A stretch of DNA of 62,450 nucleotides, the filler included, from Dimargaris cristalligena (lineage: Eukaryota), in assembly GCA_003614675.1 (NCBI GenBank). It is 3 parts of 3 records of this genome, joined end to end, with 100 filler letters (N's around TTAATTAATTAA, not from the genome) between each part and the next. Parts side by side here need not be neighbours in the genome. Positions count along the whole stretch, not along the records: positions 41,812 to 62,450 come from ML002689.1; 2 more parts are not named here. The stretch is one strand, 5' to 3'. Positions within the stretch are counted from its first letter, which is position 1; each line of letters opens with the position of its first letter. This document shows, one piece after another, positions 62,048 through 62,450 of this stretch. The position numbers and the translations under genes are program-made. The notes under the pieces were generated by a model, which was not told the origin of the DNA, did no database searches, and saw nothing but the letters and a program-made list of their open reading frames with translations.

Positions 62048-62450
62048 ATGGTTAACTTCACCATCGGTAAGTCGTTCATTCCCCGTAATCCCGCTATCCA
62101 TCCAATGGCATTCGCTAAGAAGACCATCAATGGAGGTGCTGATGTCTCAGGTGCATCCGACTAAGTGGGGGATTCCCTTGGGTCGAACATCGCCGGAGTC
62201 CGTTGGCTCTGACCATTCCGTTCGAACCATCTGTTGCTCTTGTCTAATGACCTTGTCCCTCATCCCCTACTTGTCCCTCATCCCAACCCCACCGATGCTC
62301 CACTGTATACAGATCAGATCCGTGGCCTCATGGACTGTGTTACCAATGTGCGTAACATGTCCGTGATTGCTCACGTCGATCACGGCAAGTCCACCCTGAC
62401 CGATTCCCTGGTCTCCAAGGCCGGTATTATCTCGTCTGCCAAGGCCGGTG
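62048..62450 (+). CDS. EFT2: Translation elongation factor 2, 5' part
   Basis: join(62048..62066,62313..>62450): [47 protein letters not shown]; not in the ORF track. Confidence 0.97.
62129..62217 (+). ncRNA. Candidate intronic box C/D snoRNA
   Basis: Terminal stem AATGG/CCATT flanking a C-like box GTGCTGA (62136-62142) and a D box CTGA (62209-62212); ends about 95 nt before the 3' splice site. Confidence 0.3.

Overview
Eukaryotic (fungal) genomic DNA with GT-AG spliceosomal introns. It consists of three separate contigs (1-20861, 20962-41711, 41812-62450), joined by two identical artificial 100-nt spacers (N44-TTAATTAATTAA-N44), so gene order across the spacers carries no information. A cobalamin-dependent methionine synthase alongside fungal-type genes (ECM33-like, LRO1, TAH18) points to an early-diverging fungus; Zoopagomycota is a tentative guess. 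Recognisable genes are RPS30, NUF2, an ECM33-like GPI wall protein, MetH (3' part), tRNA-Gly(GCC), RPP0, RPL3, BUR1/CDK9, PRMT3, LRO1, DUS4, SKY1/SRPK (frameshifted), SIL1, TAH18/NDOR1, MPS1, GDI1 and EF2 (5' part). Orphans include a linker-histone-H15-like coiled-coil protein missed by the ORF track, a secreted protein, a 7TM GPCR-like protein and a Trp-rich membrane protein. The main non-coding observations are: (1) (CCRU)n/(GGAU)n hairpins with sense-strand G-U wobbles in the first introns of all three ribosomal-protein genes; (2) a shared GTCACGTG promoter element; (3) a 142-bp MITE family with three full copies; (4) a ~1.4-kb CpG-free block suggesting past 5mC deamination; (5) a candidate C/D snoRNA in the EF2 intron. 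All exon models and alignments were made by eye; no database searches were run.
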